Shown here in pieces: positions 32,343-41,923 of a stretch of DNA of 64,000 bases (position 1 is the stretch's first letter; every line of letters begins with the position of its first letter). The notes under the pieces were generated by a model that was not told the origin of the DNA, ran no database searches, and saw nothing but the letters and a program-made list of their open reading frames with translations. Source of the DNA: Verrucomicrobiota bacterium (GTDB taxonomy: Bacteria > Verrucomicrobiota > Verrucomicrobiia > Palsa-1439); assembly GCA_003152315.1 (NCBI GenBank), contig PLZV01000022.1, positions 65,671-129,670 on the forward strand, written 5' to 3'. A program made the translations under genes and the position numbers.

Positions 32343-33046
32343 GGTTTTTGCATGGGTCGAATGTCGATCTCGGTGACTTCGGCCGTGCGCGGCAGGCACA
32401 GTGTGTGGGCCACCACCGACGCGATGTCCTCCGGCTGGAGCAACCGCTCGGGTCGATACTCTTTGCCTTCCAACCGATAAATCGCTGCCTGCATCGGCGT
32501 GGCCGTCCGTCCGGGGAAGACGCTCAAGACACGGATGCCAGCGGGGTTCACTTCGTCTCGCAGGTTGTCCGCGAACGCCTTCAGCGCCGTCTTCGTCGCG
32601 GTGTACTGACAAACGCCCGCGGGCAATCTGCGGGCAACGCTGGAGTTGATAAAGACGATCTGGCCGTGGCGGACTCGCAGTGCGGGCAGGAGTTCCTGCG
32701 TAAGCAAGGAGGGCGCACGCGTGTTTATGCGATGCTGTAAATCAAAATCAGCCAGTGTGGCTGGATCGACCCGATCTTGAACGAATACGCCCGCGCTATG
32801 AATGAGAATGTCCACGCCTTCGAAATCTTTCCGCAGCCTGGCGGCGACTTCACGAATCTGCGGTTCATCACCCAAATCAATGGGGAACGTCGTCACGCGC
32901 GGAGCCGCGAGTTGCAGCGCTTTGGCGTTACGACCGAGGAGGCAGAGAGTCGCACCTTGGGTGCCGAGCGCCAGGGCGATGGCCTTGCCGATGCCGCTGC
33001 TGGCGCCGGTGATCACCGCAACTTGATTCGTGAACGCGCCGTGCAT
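32339..33046 (-). CDS. Short-chain dehydrogenase/reductase
   Basis: TGASSGIG, HSAG, NSS, YTATK and PGRTAT. Confidence 0.9.
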   Translation of the reverse strand: MHGAFTNQVAVITGASSGIGKAIALALGTQGATLCLLGRNAKALQLAAPRVTTFPIDLGDEPQIREVAARLRKDFEGVDILIHSAGVFVQDRVDPATLADFDLQHRINTRAPSLLTQELLPALRVRHGQIVFINSSVARRLPAGVCQYTATKTALKAFADNLRDEVNPAGIRVLSVFPGRTATPMQAAIYRLEGKEYRPERLLQPEDIASVVAHTLCLPRTAEVTEIDIRPMQKP

Positions 33047-34332
33047 TACACGGTCTCCTTCAACAGGGTATGTTGAACAAGCGTATCCGCAGCTTTGCGG
33101 ATGAGCCCAAACTCGAGACCTGAACGCTCTGCGATTTGAAGGAGCGTATGCTTGCCATCGGAGAGGTTTAACACCCAGAGCATCGCCAACTCAAACTGGC
33201 GCGCATCCGCCTGCCCGCCGATGGTTTGATACAGGCCACGCTTGCCGAGTTGCGGTTCACATTTTGGGTTGAGGTTTACGTACGCTTGGTTGCCCTCAAG
33301 CACCGCCAACGCCGCGAGGCATTTTGTGAAGGAGTCAGCCAGGCTGGCTGGCTTTACGAAATCGAGATTGTCCGCGGACGTGTGATACTCGGGGTAGCAA
33401 CCGTTCGGCGTGCGCATGAAACAACCGACCGGCAGGTTGAAACCGGGCGAGCAGTATTGGCGCTCGTCGAAACCATACGGCGTGAATTCGAGGATTTCAT
33501 GGTCCTGGCCGGAATGCTTCAACACGTGGGCCACGGCTCGATCAATCTCGGCGTCACCGCGCCGGCTCTTCTTATAAGTCAACCGGCCCGCGTCACCGAC
33601 GCAGGTGATCACCAACCCATGCTGGATGTTCGCGACGTTCGCCTCGTTGCGTGCGAGCCAGGTGATCGAGCCGATGGTGCCGGGGATAAACAAGAAACGA
33701 TAGGAATAGCGCGATTTGGATTCACCCAGGCGTTGCGCCAGAAATGTCGCGAGCGCAATGCCCGAAAGATTGTCGTTGGCCAACGATGGGTGGCAGGCGT
33801 GACAGGAGATAAGAACCTCGTCAGAACTCTGTCCGCGCAGGAGAAATTCGCCGTACGTGAGATGGCCATCTTGCAGCGTTGAGTCGATGCAGACTTCATA
33901 GACGTCGTCGGGGAGCGCGAGGAGCTGGCGGTGGCTCAAGCAGAACCCCCAGCGCTCTGCGTAGTAGGACGTGCGATACGGGATCCAATCCGGGTGCTCG
34001 GGAAGTGAGAACAGATGCGATCTCAATTCGGCGAGTGATAACTTCGTCCGGATCGGCGTGCTGTAGTTGAGGACGTGGAGGTTTGACTCCTGGAAGTCAA
34101 CGATGCGTTCGCCCCGGGTATTCTTGATGTAGGCGTCGCGAATATTCCATTCCTTGGGCACGATCCAGTCAAATACCGGCGTACCGGTCGGCACCTCAAC
34201 GACTTCGAGCGGGATATACCGGTGAATCGCTTGCAGCGTTTCCCGAAAGCCATTGCCTGTGATGCTGCGGCAAATCGGGTACAATTCGGCAATCAGCCGG
34301 TGCATCTCGTGGCCGATGTTGTCGGTCATCAT
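33046..34332 (-). CDS. DUF4910-family protein (aminopeptidase-like domain plus C-terminal HTH), polysaccharide-biosynthesis associated
   Basis: LYPICRSITGNG, WIPYRTSYY, CHPSLANDNLSG, DERQYCSPG, YPEYHTSADN and CEPQLGKRGLY. Confidence 0.85.
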   Translation of the reverse strand: MMTDNIGHEMHRLIAELYPICRSITGNGFRETLQAIHRYIPLEVVEVPTGTPVFDWIVPKEWNIRDAYIKNTRGERIVDFQESNLHVLNYSTPIRTKLSLAELRSHLFSLPEHPDWIPYRTSYYAERWGFCLSHRQLLALPDDVYEVCIDSTLQDGHLTYGEFLLRGQSSDEVLISCHACHPSLANDNLSGIALATFLAQRLGESKSRYSYRFLFIPGTIGSITWLARNEANVANIQHGLVITCVGDAGRLTYKKSRRGDAEIDRAVAHVLKHSGQDHEILEFTPYGFDERQYCSPGFNLPVGCFMRTPNGCYPEYHTSADNLDFVKPASLADSFTKCLAALAVLEGNQAYVNLNPKCEPQLGKRGLYQTIGGQADARQFELAMLWVLNLSDGKHTLLQIAERSGLEFGLIRKAADTLVQHTLLKETV

Positions 34333-34859
34333 GGTTTGAAATCGGGGTAGTTGCGGTCGCGGTCGGCAATCACCTTCACGTCACCGGGCCACTGGATGCC
34401 GAAAGCCGGGTCATTCCAGCGGACGCCCGCGCCGTGCTGGGGTGCGTAGTACACGGACATTTGGTAGGCGACCTCGGTGTTCGCTGTCAGTGTCAAGTAT
34501 CCATGCGCACAGCCCGGCGGAATCACGAGCATCTCCCGGTTTTCCGCGGTGAGAGGCGCGCCGACCCACTGCCGGAACGTGGGGGAGTCGCGTCGCAGGT
34601 CCACGGCCACATCGAAGATGGCGCCCATCGTGCAGCGCACGACCTTGGTCTCCTCATGCGGCGGAAGTTGATGGTGCATGCCGCGCAGCGTGCCCGGGTG
34701 CGGGTTGAAGGAGAGATTACATTGCACGAGGCGTGAATCGATTCCGTGCTTCGCGAACTCCGTCTGGCACCACAGGCGGCCGAAGAAGCCGCGTTCGTCG
34801 GCTATCCGCTCGAGTTCCAGTAGGCACACGCCTTGAATTCTGGTTTTTTTGAAGATCAT
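34329..34859 (-). CDS. rfbC: NDP-4-keto-6-deoxyhexose 3,5-epimerase (RmlC/RfbC family)
   Basis: DERGFF, GTLRGMH, KVVRC..G.IFDVAVDLR..SPT, IPPGCAHGY and WNDP. Confidence 0.9.
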   Translation of the reverse strand: MIFKKTRIQGVCLLELERIADERGFFGRLWCQTEFAKHGIDSRLVQCNLSFNPHPGTLRGMHHQLPPHEETKVVRCTMGAIFDVAVDLRRDSPTFRQWVGAPLTAENREMLVIPPGCAHGYLTLTANTEVAYQMSVYYAPQHGAGVRWNDPAFGIQWPGDVKVIADRDRNYPDFKP

Positions 34860-34890
34860 TGTGATAACAGTCGCGTTGCCGCCGGGCTCG

Positions 34891-35547
34891 TCAAAGTAAC
34901 AGCATTTTCTGGCAGTAGAAAGCCTCAGCGTATTTACCGGGCGCATTCGATTCAATGCCGCGGAGCCGCAGCAGGGCCAGGAACGTGTCCTCGCTGAACC
35001 ACTGTTTGGACTTTTGGGTCTTGAACTGCTCGCAAATGTGGCGGACCTTGCGTTTCGCCATCTCTTTGCTGAGATGGACGTAGGCATTGGGGGCGCCCAT
35101 GTCGCCGTCGTATTTCGGAATTTCGTACTCGAGAATCAGGTGGTTACGAAAAGCATTCCACGTTAACTCGGCCAACAGACGATGATCCTGATGCAGATCT
35201 TTGCGGTGGTGGGTGAAGATCAGGTCCGGCGCGACCTCGTGACTCAACTGTTGGACGAACTTCTTGATCCGCTCGCCCATGAACGGGAAGTAACTGTCCC
35301 GAAAACGCTTGACCACGATCCTCTTTGCAACAGCGCTCCGAAGGAAAACCTGTGCGCTGCCTTTGGCCTCGCGGGCGCGCAAGGGCGTAGCGCTGAAGAC
35401 GACCCAATGGATGGTAACGTTGGGATTCTGTTCGGTGAGTTTCAAGAGCGTGCCGCCGCAGCCGATCTCAATGTCGTCGGCGTGCGCGCCCAAGCACAGC
35501 ACGGTTCGTGGAGCGCGGGGTCGACTGTCGAGGTTGAGGGTGATCAT
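34891..35547 (-). CDS. PIG-L/LmbE-family deacetylase-like protein
   Basis: GAHADDIEIGCGG, DLHQDH and YEIPKYDGD. Confidence 0.85.
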   Translation of the reverse strand: MITLNLDSRPRAPRTVLCLGAHADDIEIGCGGTLLKLTEQNPNVTIHWVVFSATPLRAREAKGSAQVFLRSAVAKRIVVKRFRDSYFPFMGERIKKFVQQLSHEVAPDLIFTHHRKDLHQDHRLLAELTWNAFRNHLILEYEIPKYDGDMGAPNAYVHLSKEMAKRKVRHICEQFKTQKSKQWFSEDTFLALLRLRGIESNAPGKYAEAFYCQKMLLL

Positions 35548-35571
35548 GGGCAAACGTGATGAACGTGACCT

Positions 35572-36369
35572 TCAGGCAACGGCAGCCGGCGGTGGCTGCT
35601 TCCAGACTTCCCACGGGGCCTCACCGCGGGCGTGCATGTCTTCGAGTTGTTGTTTGTCTTTGAACGTATCCATGCCCGCCCAGAAGCCATCGTAGGTGAA
35701 GGCGCTGAGTTGGTTGTCGTCAGTAAGCCGCTGGAGCGGGCCGGGGACGAGTTCCTCCCCATTCTTAATGTAGTCGAAAATCCCCTGACGGAAAACGTAG
35801 AACCCGCCGTTAATGCGAATATTGGAGCCTCGAATGTCGCTGATCTCGGTCACCCTGCCATGATCACTCATGGTGACGAAGTGATAGGTGAGGTTCGGTT
35901 TGACGCAGAGGAATGTGGCGATCCGACTCTCTTGCTGGGCGAAGTTGATGAGATCGGACAGGGGTACGTCGGTCAGCCCATCACTGTAGTTGGCCAGAAA
36001 CATCTCTTCGCCCTCGAGGTGGTGTCGGACGAGCTTGAGTCGCTGGCCAACGGTGCAATACATGCCGGTGTCGACGAACGTGATCCGCCAGTCCTTCATG
36101 TCGTGGTTGAGCAACTGGATGTCGTGACCGCCGTTGGTCATGACGAAGTCGTTCAGAATGCACTCGTTATAGGTGAGGAAATACTGTTTGATCACATCGG
36201 CCTTATAGCCAAGACAGAGAATGAAGTCCTTGTGTCCGAAATGAGCGTAGTACTTCATGACATGCCACAAGATCGGCATGTAGCCAATTCTTACGAGCGG
36301 CTTGGGGAGGCTTTCCTCGGTTTCCTTCAAGCGCATCCCGAGACCGCCGCAGAACAAGACGACCTTCAT
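35572..36369 (-). CDS. Second glucose-1-phosphate cytidylyltransferase-like nucleotidyltransferase
   Basis: LFCGGLGMRL..PKPL, LGYK, VDTG, NYSDG, INGG and FW..MDTFKD. Confidence 0.85.
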   Translation of the reverse strand: MKVVLFCGGLGMRLKETEESLPKPLVRIGYMPILWHVMKYYAHFGHKDFILCLGYKADVIKQYFLTYNECILNDFVMTNGGHDIQLLNHDMKDWRITFVDTGMYCTVGQRLKLVRHHLEGEEMFLANYSDGLTDVPLSDLINFAQQESRIATFLCVKPNLTYHFVTMSDHGRVTEISDIRGSNIRINGGFYVFRQGIFDYIKNGEELVPGPLQRLTDDNQLSAFTYDGFWAGMDTFKDKQQLEDMHARGEAPWEVWKQPPPAAVA

Positions 36370-36402
36370 GGTTTCATTCCTTTCACATTGTGCGTGTGTT
36401 CA

Positions 36403-37668
36403 TCACGGGTTGCCGGAAGTGCCCCGTGACGGATAGATCCTGACCTCGGGTATCGGCACCACAAATTCTCCACCCCATTCGCGGATAAACGCCATCTGTT
36501 GCATGATTTCATCTTTGATGTTCCAAGGCAAGATGATGACGTAATCGGGCTTTGTCTCCCGAATCTTGTCCGGATGATGGATCGGGATGTGCGTGCCCGG
36601 CAGAAACAACTTCTGCTTGTGCGGGCTGCGGTCAACAGTGTAGTCGATGAAGTCCGTGCGCACGCCGCAATAATTCAGCAGCGTGTTGCCCTTCGCCGGA
36701 GCGCCGTAACCGACAATCGTCTTGCCGCTGCGCTTCGCGGCAATCAGGAATTCCAATAGCTTGCGCTTGGTCTCTTTGACGCGCTCCGTAAAGGAAAGGT
36801 AGGTATTCAGCTGATCGTAACCGGCCCGCAACTCACGCTGGCGCAAGTCCTCGACGCGAGGTGTGCGGGGCCGTGACTCATCGCTAGTAAGCCGCGCGTA
36901 GATTCGCAGCGAGCCGCCGTGCGTGGGAAGTTCTTCGACATCGAACACCGTGAGTCCATGGGTGCCGAAGATCTTCTCGACCACGAGCAGGGACAGGTAT
37001 TGGTAGTGCTCATGGTACATCGTGTCGAATTGATTGTCCGCGATCAACCGTAACAGGTGCGGAAACTCCATCGTCAGGACACCCTTCGGCTTGAGCAACA
37101 GGCGCAGGCCTTCAACGAAGTCATTGATGTCCGGCACGTGCGCAAGCACATTGTTGCCGATCAGCAGATCGGCTTGACGGCCGCCTCGCGCCAGGTCCCG
37201 CGCGGTTTCTTCACCGAGAAATTTTACGACGGTCGGGATACCCTTCTGCGTCGCGGCGGCGGCGGTGTTGGCTGTAGGCTCGATACCCAAGACGGGAATT
37301 CCTTTCGCAACGAAGTACTGGAGCAGGTAGCCATCATTGCAAGCGACTTCGATAACGTGGTGTTGCGGACCGAGTTGGAGCCGCCCGGTGATCATCTCGA
37401 CATACGCTTTCGCGTGCGCCAACCAGCTATCGGAGAACGAGGAGAAATACGCGTAGCTGTCACTGAAGATATGCCGGGCGCTGATACAATCGGCAACCTG
37501 CACCAGAAGACAGCGGTCGCAGACCTTCACGTGGAGCGGGTAGAATGGCTCCATCTCGCTGAGCTGCGACACATTCCGATAATCATTCGCAATTGGTGAA
37601 GCGCCGAGGTCGAGGAAGGTATGCTCCAGGTCCGCGCCGCAGAATCGACACTGGCCGGGTTTGGTCAT
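36403..37668 (-). CDS. NDP-sugar C-methyltransferase (Zn-binding N-terminus, class I SAM domain)
   Basis: CRFC and CDRC Zn ligands, YAYFSS, EVACNDGYLL, NNVLAHV, FDTMYHEH, HGGS and YGAPAKGNT. Confidence 0.88.
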   Translation of the reverse strand: MTKPGQCRFCGADLEHTFLDLGASPIANDYRNVSQLSEMEPFYPLHVKVCDRCLLVQVADCISARHIFSDSYAYFSSFSDSWLAHAKAYVEMITGRLQLGPQHHVIEVACNDGYLLQYFVAKGIPVLGIEPTANTAAAATQKGIPTVVKFLGEETARDLARGGRQADLLIGNNVLAHVPDINDFVEGLRLLLKPKGVLTMEFPHLLRLIADNQFDTMYHEHYQYLSLLVVEKIFGTHGLTVFDVEELPTHGGSLRIYARLTSDESRPRTPRVEDLRQRELRAGYDQLNTYLSFTERVKETKRKLLEFLIAAKRSGKTIVGYGAPAKGNTLLNYCGVRTDFIDYTVDRSPHKQKLFLPGTHIPIHHPDKIRETKPDYVIILPWNIKDEIMQQMAFIREWGGEFVVPIPEVRIYPSRGTSGNP

Positions 37669-38693
37669 GCGGGTCTCCAATGAAGGTTTTTATCAATCTG
37701 TGCCGTGCGCAGCAGATGCTCGAGTTGTTTCAGTCGCGTAAACGCGCGAAACTCAAATATCTCTCGTGTCATCTGGATCTTCTCAAACACTCCGTGGAGT
37801 TCCTGCGCGCCCGTGCGCGCGTCGCGCTGGCAGCGGAAACCGGGGAGCCGCGAGTTGATCTTGTCGAAATTAACCCGGTAGCTTCGATTGTCGGCGGCAT
37901 TCGCGCCGAAGCTGAGTCGGCAACCAGGGAACACGTCGGCTACGATCTCCGCGATCTCACGAACACGGTAGTTCTGGCCGTTGTCGCCGACATTGAACAC
38001 TTGATTGTGCACGATCTCGCGAGGCGCATTGAGGGCGCAAGCCACGGCGTCGCAAATATCCAGCACATGCACCAGCGGTCGCCATGGCGTGCCATCGCTG
38101 ATCATCTTGATTTCCTTCGTCGTCCACGCGAGGCCCGCCAGATTGTTCAGCACGATGTCGAACCGCATCCGCGGCGACGCGCCGAAGGCGGTCGCGTTGC
38201 GCAGGAACGTCGGCGAGAAGTTGTTGTCCGCAAGCGCCGAAACGTCACGTTCGACGAACACCTTACATTCAGCATAGGCGGTTTGCGGATTTGTGGGGGA
38301 TGTTTCCGTGACATTCTCGCTGGAGGCAACACCGTAGACACTGCATGAGGACGTATACACGAAGCGTGCGATCCCAACCTCCTTGCATTTTGTGGCCAAC
38401 GCGACACTGCCGCGATGATTGATCTGGAAGGTGAGTTCGGGATTGTGTTGCCCGAGCGGGTCGTTGGATAGTTCTGCGAGGTGGACCACCGCGTCGTAAC
38501 CGCGCAGGTCCTTGTGCGTGATATCGCGAATGTCCTGCTTGATTTGCCGCGCCGGGGGTAACACGCCGTTGTAGAGCAAACCATCACGGTAGAAGCCGGC
38601 ATCCAGTCCGGTGACGTGATGGCCGCGTTTCGCAAGCACATCGGCGAGCAATACGCCGATGTATCCGTCAGTTCCTGTGACTAGTAACTTCAT
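37665..38693 (-). CDS. NAD-dependent epimerase/dehydratase
   Basis: TGTDGYIG, HLAELSNDP, SSCSVYG, YAECK and RNATAFG.SPRMRFD. Confidence 0.9.
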   Translation of the reverse strand: MKLLVTGTDGYIGVLLADVLAKRGHHVTGLDAGFYRDGLLYNGVLPPARQIKQDIRDITHKDLRGYDAVVHLAELSNDPLGQHNPELTFQINHRGSVALATKCKEVGIARFVYTSSCSVYGVASSENVTETSPTNPQTAYAECKVFVERDVSALADNNFSPTFLRNATAFGASPRMRFDIVLNNLAGLAWTTKEIKMISDGTPWRPLVHVLDICDAVACALNAPREIVHNQVFNVGDNGQNYRVREIAEIVADVFPGCRLSFGANAADNRSYRVNFDKINSRLPGFRCQRDARTGAQELHGVFEKIQMTREIFEFRAFTRLKQLEHLLRTAQIDKNLHWRPA

Positions 38694-38723
38694 GTTTCCT
38701 CGTTGCCGGAGTTCTATCCATTA

Positions 38724-39497
38724 TCATTTCCAGATCTTCCAGGGGACGTGGCCTGAGTTCCACAACTCCTCGAGGAGGTTCTTCTCCTTCAGCGTGTCCA
38801 TGCACGACCAGAAGCCAGTGTGCCGGTAGCCCATGAGTTGGCCGGCGTGCGCGAGACGCTCGACCGGTCCGCGCTCCCAGGAACAATCATCGCCGTCGAT
38901 GTAGTCGAGACATTTGCGATGCAAGACGAAATAGCCGCCGTTGATCCAGCCCTCCCGGGCCCCGGATTTCTCATAAAATTCGCGGACCTGGTTACCGTCG
39001 AAACCGATGCGGCCAAAGCGGGCTGGGGAGTGAACGGTGGTAACCGTCGCCAGTTTGCCATGCGCCTGATGGAATTTGATCAGCGACGTGATATCGATGT
39101 CGGCCACACCGTCGCCGTAGGTGAACATGAATGTCTCATCGTCGTCGATCCAATGGGCCAGCCGCTTGAGCCGCCCGCCGGTATTAGGATTGAGGCCGGT
39201 GTCTACAAGGTGGATCTTCCACTTCGGCTGGTTGCCCTTGTGGATACTCACCTTGCCGGTTGCGAGGTCAATGGTCACATCGTTGTTGAACGTATGGAAG
39301 TTCAGAAAGTAATCCTTGATGACCTCGCCGCGGTACCCGAGGGCAATGATGAACTCAGTGACATTATGGGCTGCGAAGATGTTCATGATGTGCCAGAGAA
39401 TCGGGCGTCCGCCGATCTCGACCATCGGCTTGGGTCGCAGGACGGTTTCCTCTGAGAGGCGGGAGCCGAATCCACCAGCGAGGATGATTGCTTTCAT
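38724..39497 (-). CDS. rfbF: Glucose-1-phosphate cytidylyltransferase
   Basis: LAGGFGSRLSEET..RPKPMVEIG, TGGRLKR, TYGDG, WINGG and FWSCMDT. Confidence 0.92.
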   Translation of the reverse strand: MKAIILAGGFGSRLSEETVLRPKPMVEIGGRPILWHIMNIFAAHNVTEFIIALGYRGEVIKDYFLNFHTFNNDVTIDLATGKVSIHKGNQPKWKIHLVDTGLNPNTGGRLKRLAHWIDDDETFMFTYGDGVADIDITSLIKFHQAHGKLATVTTVHSPARFGRIGFDGNQVREFYEKSGAREGWINGGYFVLHRKCLDYIDGDDCSWERGPVERLAHAGQLMGYRHTGFWSCMDTLKEKNLLEELWNSGHVPWKIWK

Positions 39498-39564
39498 GTT
39501 GTTACCTCAATACTTCGGCGCGTTCTTTTATAAGTGCTGTTTCCGATGGCGGACCTTCATCAAA

Positions 39565-40944
39565 TCACACTGTTGGCAATGTCTGCAAACGGCTAGCGGG
39601 ATGGAGGATGGACTCGTACCACTCGAGATAGGCATCTACCTGTTGTTCCAGATCGAAACGCGATCGGGCCGCCATGGCGGCACATCGCCCCATGGCGGAT
39701 CGGCGGCTGGTGTCGCGCAGCAACTGCTCGATACGCCCGGCCATGGATTGTTGGTCACCAGCCTCGATCAGGAAGCCGGTTTGGCCTTCATCCACTTGCT
39801 CAGGGATACCGCCCACAGCGGACGCAATGACTGGCCGACCACAGGCCAGCGCTTCCAAGACCGTCGTGGGGAAGGTGTCGGCACGGGCGGCGTGAACATA
39901 GAGATCAGCTGCCTGATAGTACTTCGCCATCTTCGCGGGGTCCGGCTCGAACGGCAGAAAGCGGATCTCGGCATTTCCGATTTTCTCCGGGGGAGACTCC
40001 TGGCCGATCGCCAGGAATAGCAACGGGTGGCCGGCCATCTGTTTTGCCACCGTGATCACCGCTTGATGCAGCATCTGAAAGTCCTTCCAGCGGTTATGGC
40101 GAACGCCGTAAGCCGCGAACATAAGGATGGACGTGTCTACCGGTAGGCCCAATTCCTGGCGGACTGTTCGTTGATCAGCGGGCTTGAACGTGCGCAGATC
40201 CACGCCATTGGGGATAACCCGTTTTTCGATGATCGCGGGTGCGAGGATCGACTGCTCGACCTTTCTCATCAACCATTGCGACGGTGTGGCAATATAGATG
40301 CGTAAGTTTTCGAAAATCTGTTTCTTGCGTCTCCAGTTGTAAGCAGTCCCGTCGCGTTTGAGGGCCGGGTAGATCGTCAGATCGGGACACTGGCCACAGC
40401 CGGTTCGCCACCGGTCACAATCGAAGGAATGCGCGCAATGACCGCTCAGGAGCCAGGCGTCGTGCAAGGTGATCATAAGCGGTGCCTGGCGACTCAGCCA
40501 GGGCAGCATCCGCAGGTCGAAGTAATCTCCTCGAGGTCCGCTGCGGGGGCCGTGGAGGTTGTGGCAATGGACAATATCGGGACTGCCGGGTGTTAGCGCC
40601 AGGAGATCCCGTGTGCCTGGGAAATCGAAGTACTCATGGCCGAATTGCCAATTGAGCCAGCGGCCGGGCTGTGAAAGATACTCCGACCATTGCTTGCCGC
40701 GACCAGCTCCCTTCGTGCTGCCGATGTGGGGACTCAATTTGGCGGCGACATGTGTCCAGAGCCGATACCAGAAGTGCTCGGCATCGGCGTGGTCCAGCGT
40801 TACCACGTTAGGATCGCGCGTACGCTTCGTGCCCACCGCCAGCCACGACTCGTGCCCGAGCTCGCGGTACCGATCAAAGAGCCCGAAGGCCACGCGTTCC
40901 GCGCCACCTGCAATATCGGCTGTGCTAACTTGAAGAATTCTCAT
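39565..40944 (-). CDS. Family 4 glycosyltransferase (WcaC-like)
   Basis: GGAE, HNLHG, TLHDAW..GHC...C..W..GCGQCP, PNGVD and DTFPTTVLEALACG. Confidence 0.88.
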   Translation of the reverse strand: MRILQVSTADIAGGAERVAFGLFDRYRELGHESWLAVGTKRTRDPNVVTLDHADAEHFWYRLWTHVAAKLSPHIGSTKGAGRGKQWSEYLSQPGRWLNWQFGHEYFDFPGTRDLLALTPGSPDIVHCHNLHGPRSGPRGDYFDLRMLPWLSRQAPLMITLHDAWLLSGHCAHSFDCDRWRTGCGQCPDLTIYPALKRDGTAYNWRRKKQIFENLRIYIATPSQWLMRKVEQSILAPAIIEKRVIPNGVDLRTFKPADQRTVRQELGLPVDTSILMFAAYGVRHNRWKDFQMLHQAVITVAKQMAGHPLLFLAIGQESPPEKIGNAEIRFLPFEPDPAKMAKYYQAADLYVHAARADTFPTTVLEALACGRPVIASAVGGIPEQVDEGQTGFLIEAGDQQSMAGRIEQLLRDTSRRSAMGRCAAMAARSRFDLEQQVDAYLEWYESILHPASRLQTLPTV

Positions 40945-41921
40945 TATCCATTGCGAACGCAGGCGTGCAACCGTTTGGTAAACTCATCGCCATCCCAGTC
41001 GCGCACCATGAATCGGGGCAACTGGAAAGGGTCTGATTCACAGCGTGTCGCCCGCTCGATGCACGTGCAAGCACCGCTGTAACCAGCCTGACGGACCAGT
41101 TCGATCGTAGGGTTCGCGTAGAACCCGTAGGGATAGGAAAAATCATGAACAGGACGCCCGATCATCTGCTCGAGGGCGATTTTGCCGCCGGAAATCTCCT
41201 CACGTTGAACCGCAAGCTCTTGTTCCGGCAGAAGTGGGTGTGTCACGGTGTGGCCCCCGATATCGATGAGGCTTGTCTTCACCAGGACCGCGAGTTCCTC
41301 GGTGGTCAGTGTCCGATACGGCGGACGAGCCTCGAGGGCGGCACCGGACCATTTCAGGAGCGCATCCATGGTTGCCGTCCGCTGCACCGATGGCAATCCG
41401 CGCAGGAGCTTGTGGACTGTCTGGTACAACTCGTGACGGCGAGCAGGTAGTGATGCCACATCAATATCCCAATGATGAGTGTGTCCGTTGACTTCCAACT
41501 CCAAATGTTGCGGTAGCGGGCCTGACAGGAGCAAGACCTTCTCCAGTTCGTCCCACCAGAACTCACGGGGGTTGTTGATTTGGCCGGTGGTGATGAACAG
41601 GGTGGCCGGAAACTCGTGACGTTCGAGCAGCGGCTTCGCGGCATGGAGATTGTCGGCATAACCATCATCGAAGGTAATCACAACAACATGACGCGGGAGG
41701 CGACCCTGGCGCATCGCGTCCACGCACTGTGGCAGTGACAGGGGCGTGTAGCGCTGTTTGAGGACCGTGAGTTGTTCGGCGAAGTGTCGGGGACTAACGC
41801 ACAACTGGTGCGGATCAATTTCAGTATCCGCGATGCGGTGGTACAAGAGGACGATGGCCTTCGGCGCAACGAGATCCCGTGCCCGCCAAATCGCTCCGCC
41901 TACTTTTTGGGAAAGAAGCAT
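40944..41921 (-). CDS. Polysaccharide deacetylase (CE4/NodB)
   Basis: LLYHR, TFDDGY, GHTVTHP and FSYPYG. Confidence 0.9.
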   Translation of the reverse strand: MLLSQKVGGAIWRARDLVAPKAIVLLYHRIADTEIDPHQLCVSPRHFAEQLTVLKQRYTPLSLPQCVDAMRQGRLPRHVVVITFDDGYADNLHAAKPLLERHEFPATLFITTGQINNPREFWWDELEKVLLLSGPLPQHLELEVNGHTHHWDIDVASLPARRHELYQTVHKLLRGLPSVQRTATMDALLKWSGAALEARPPYRTLTTEELAVLVKTSLIDIGGHTVTHPLLPEQELAVQREEISGGKIALEQMIGRPVHDFSYPYGFYANPTIELVRQAGYSGACTCIERATRCESDPFQLPRFMVRDWDGDEFTKRLHACVRNG

Positions 41922-41923
41922 TC

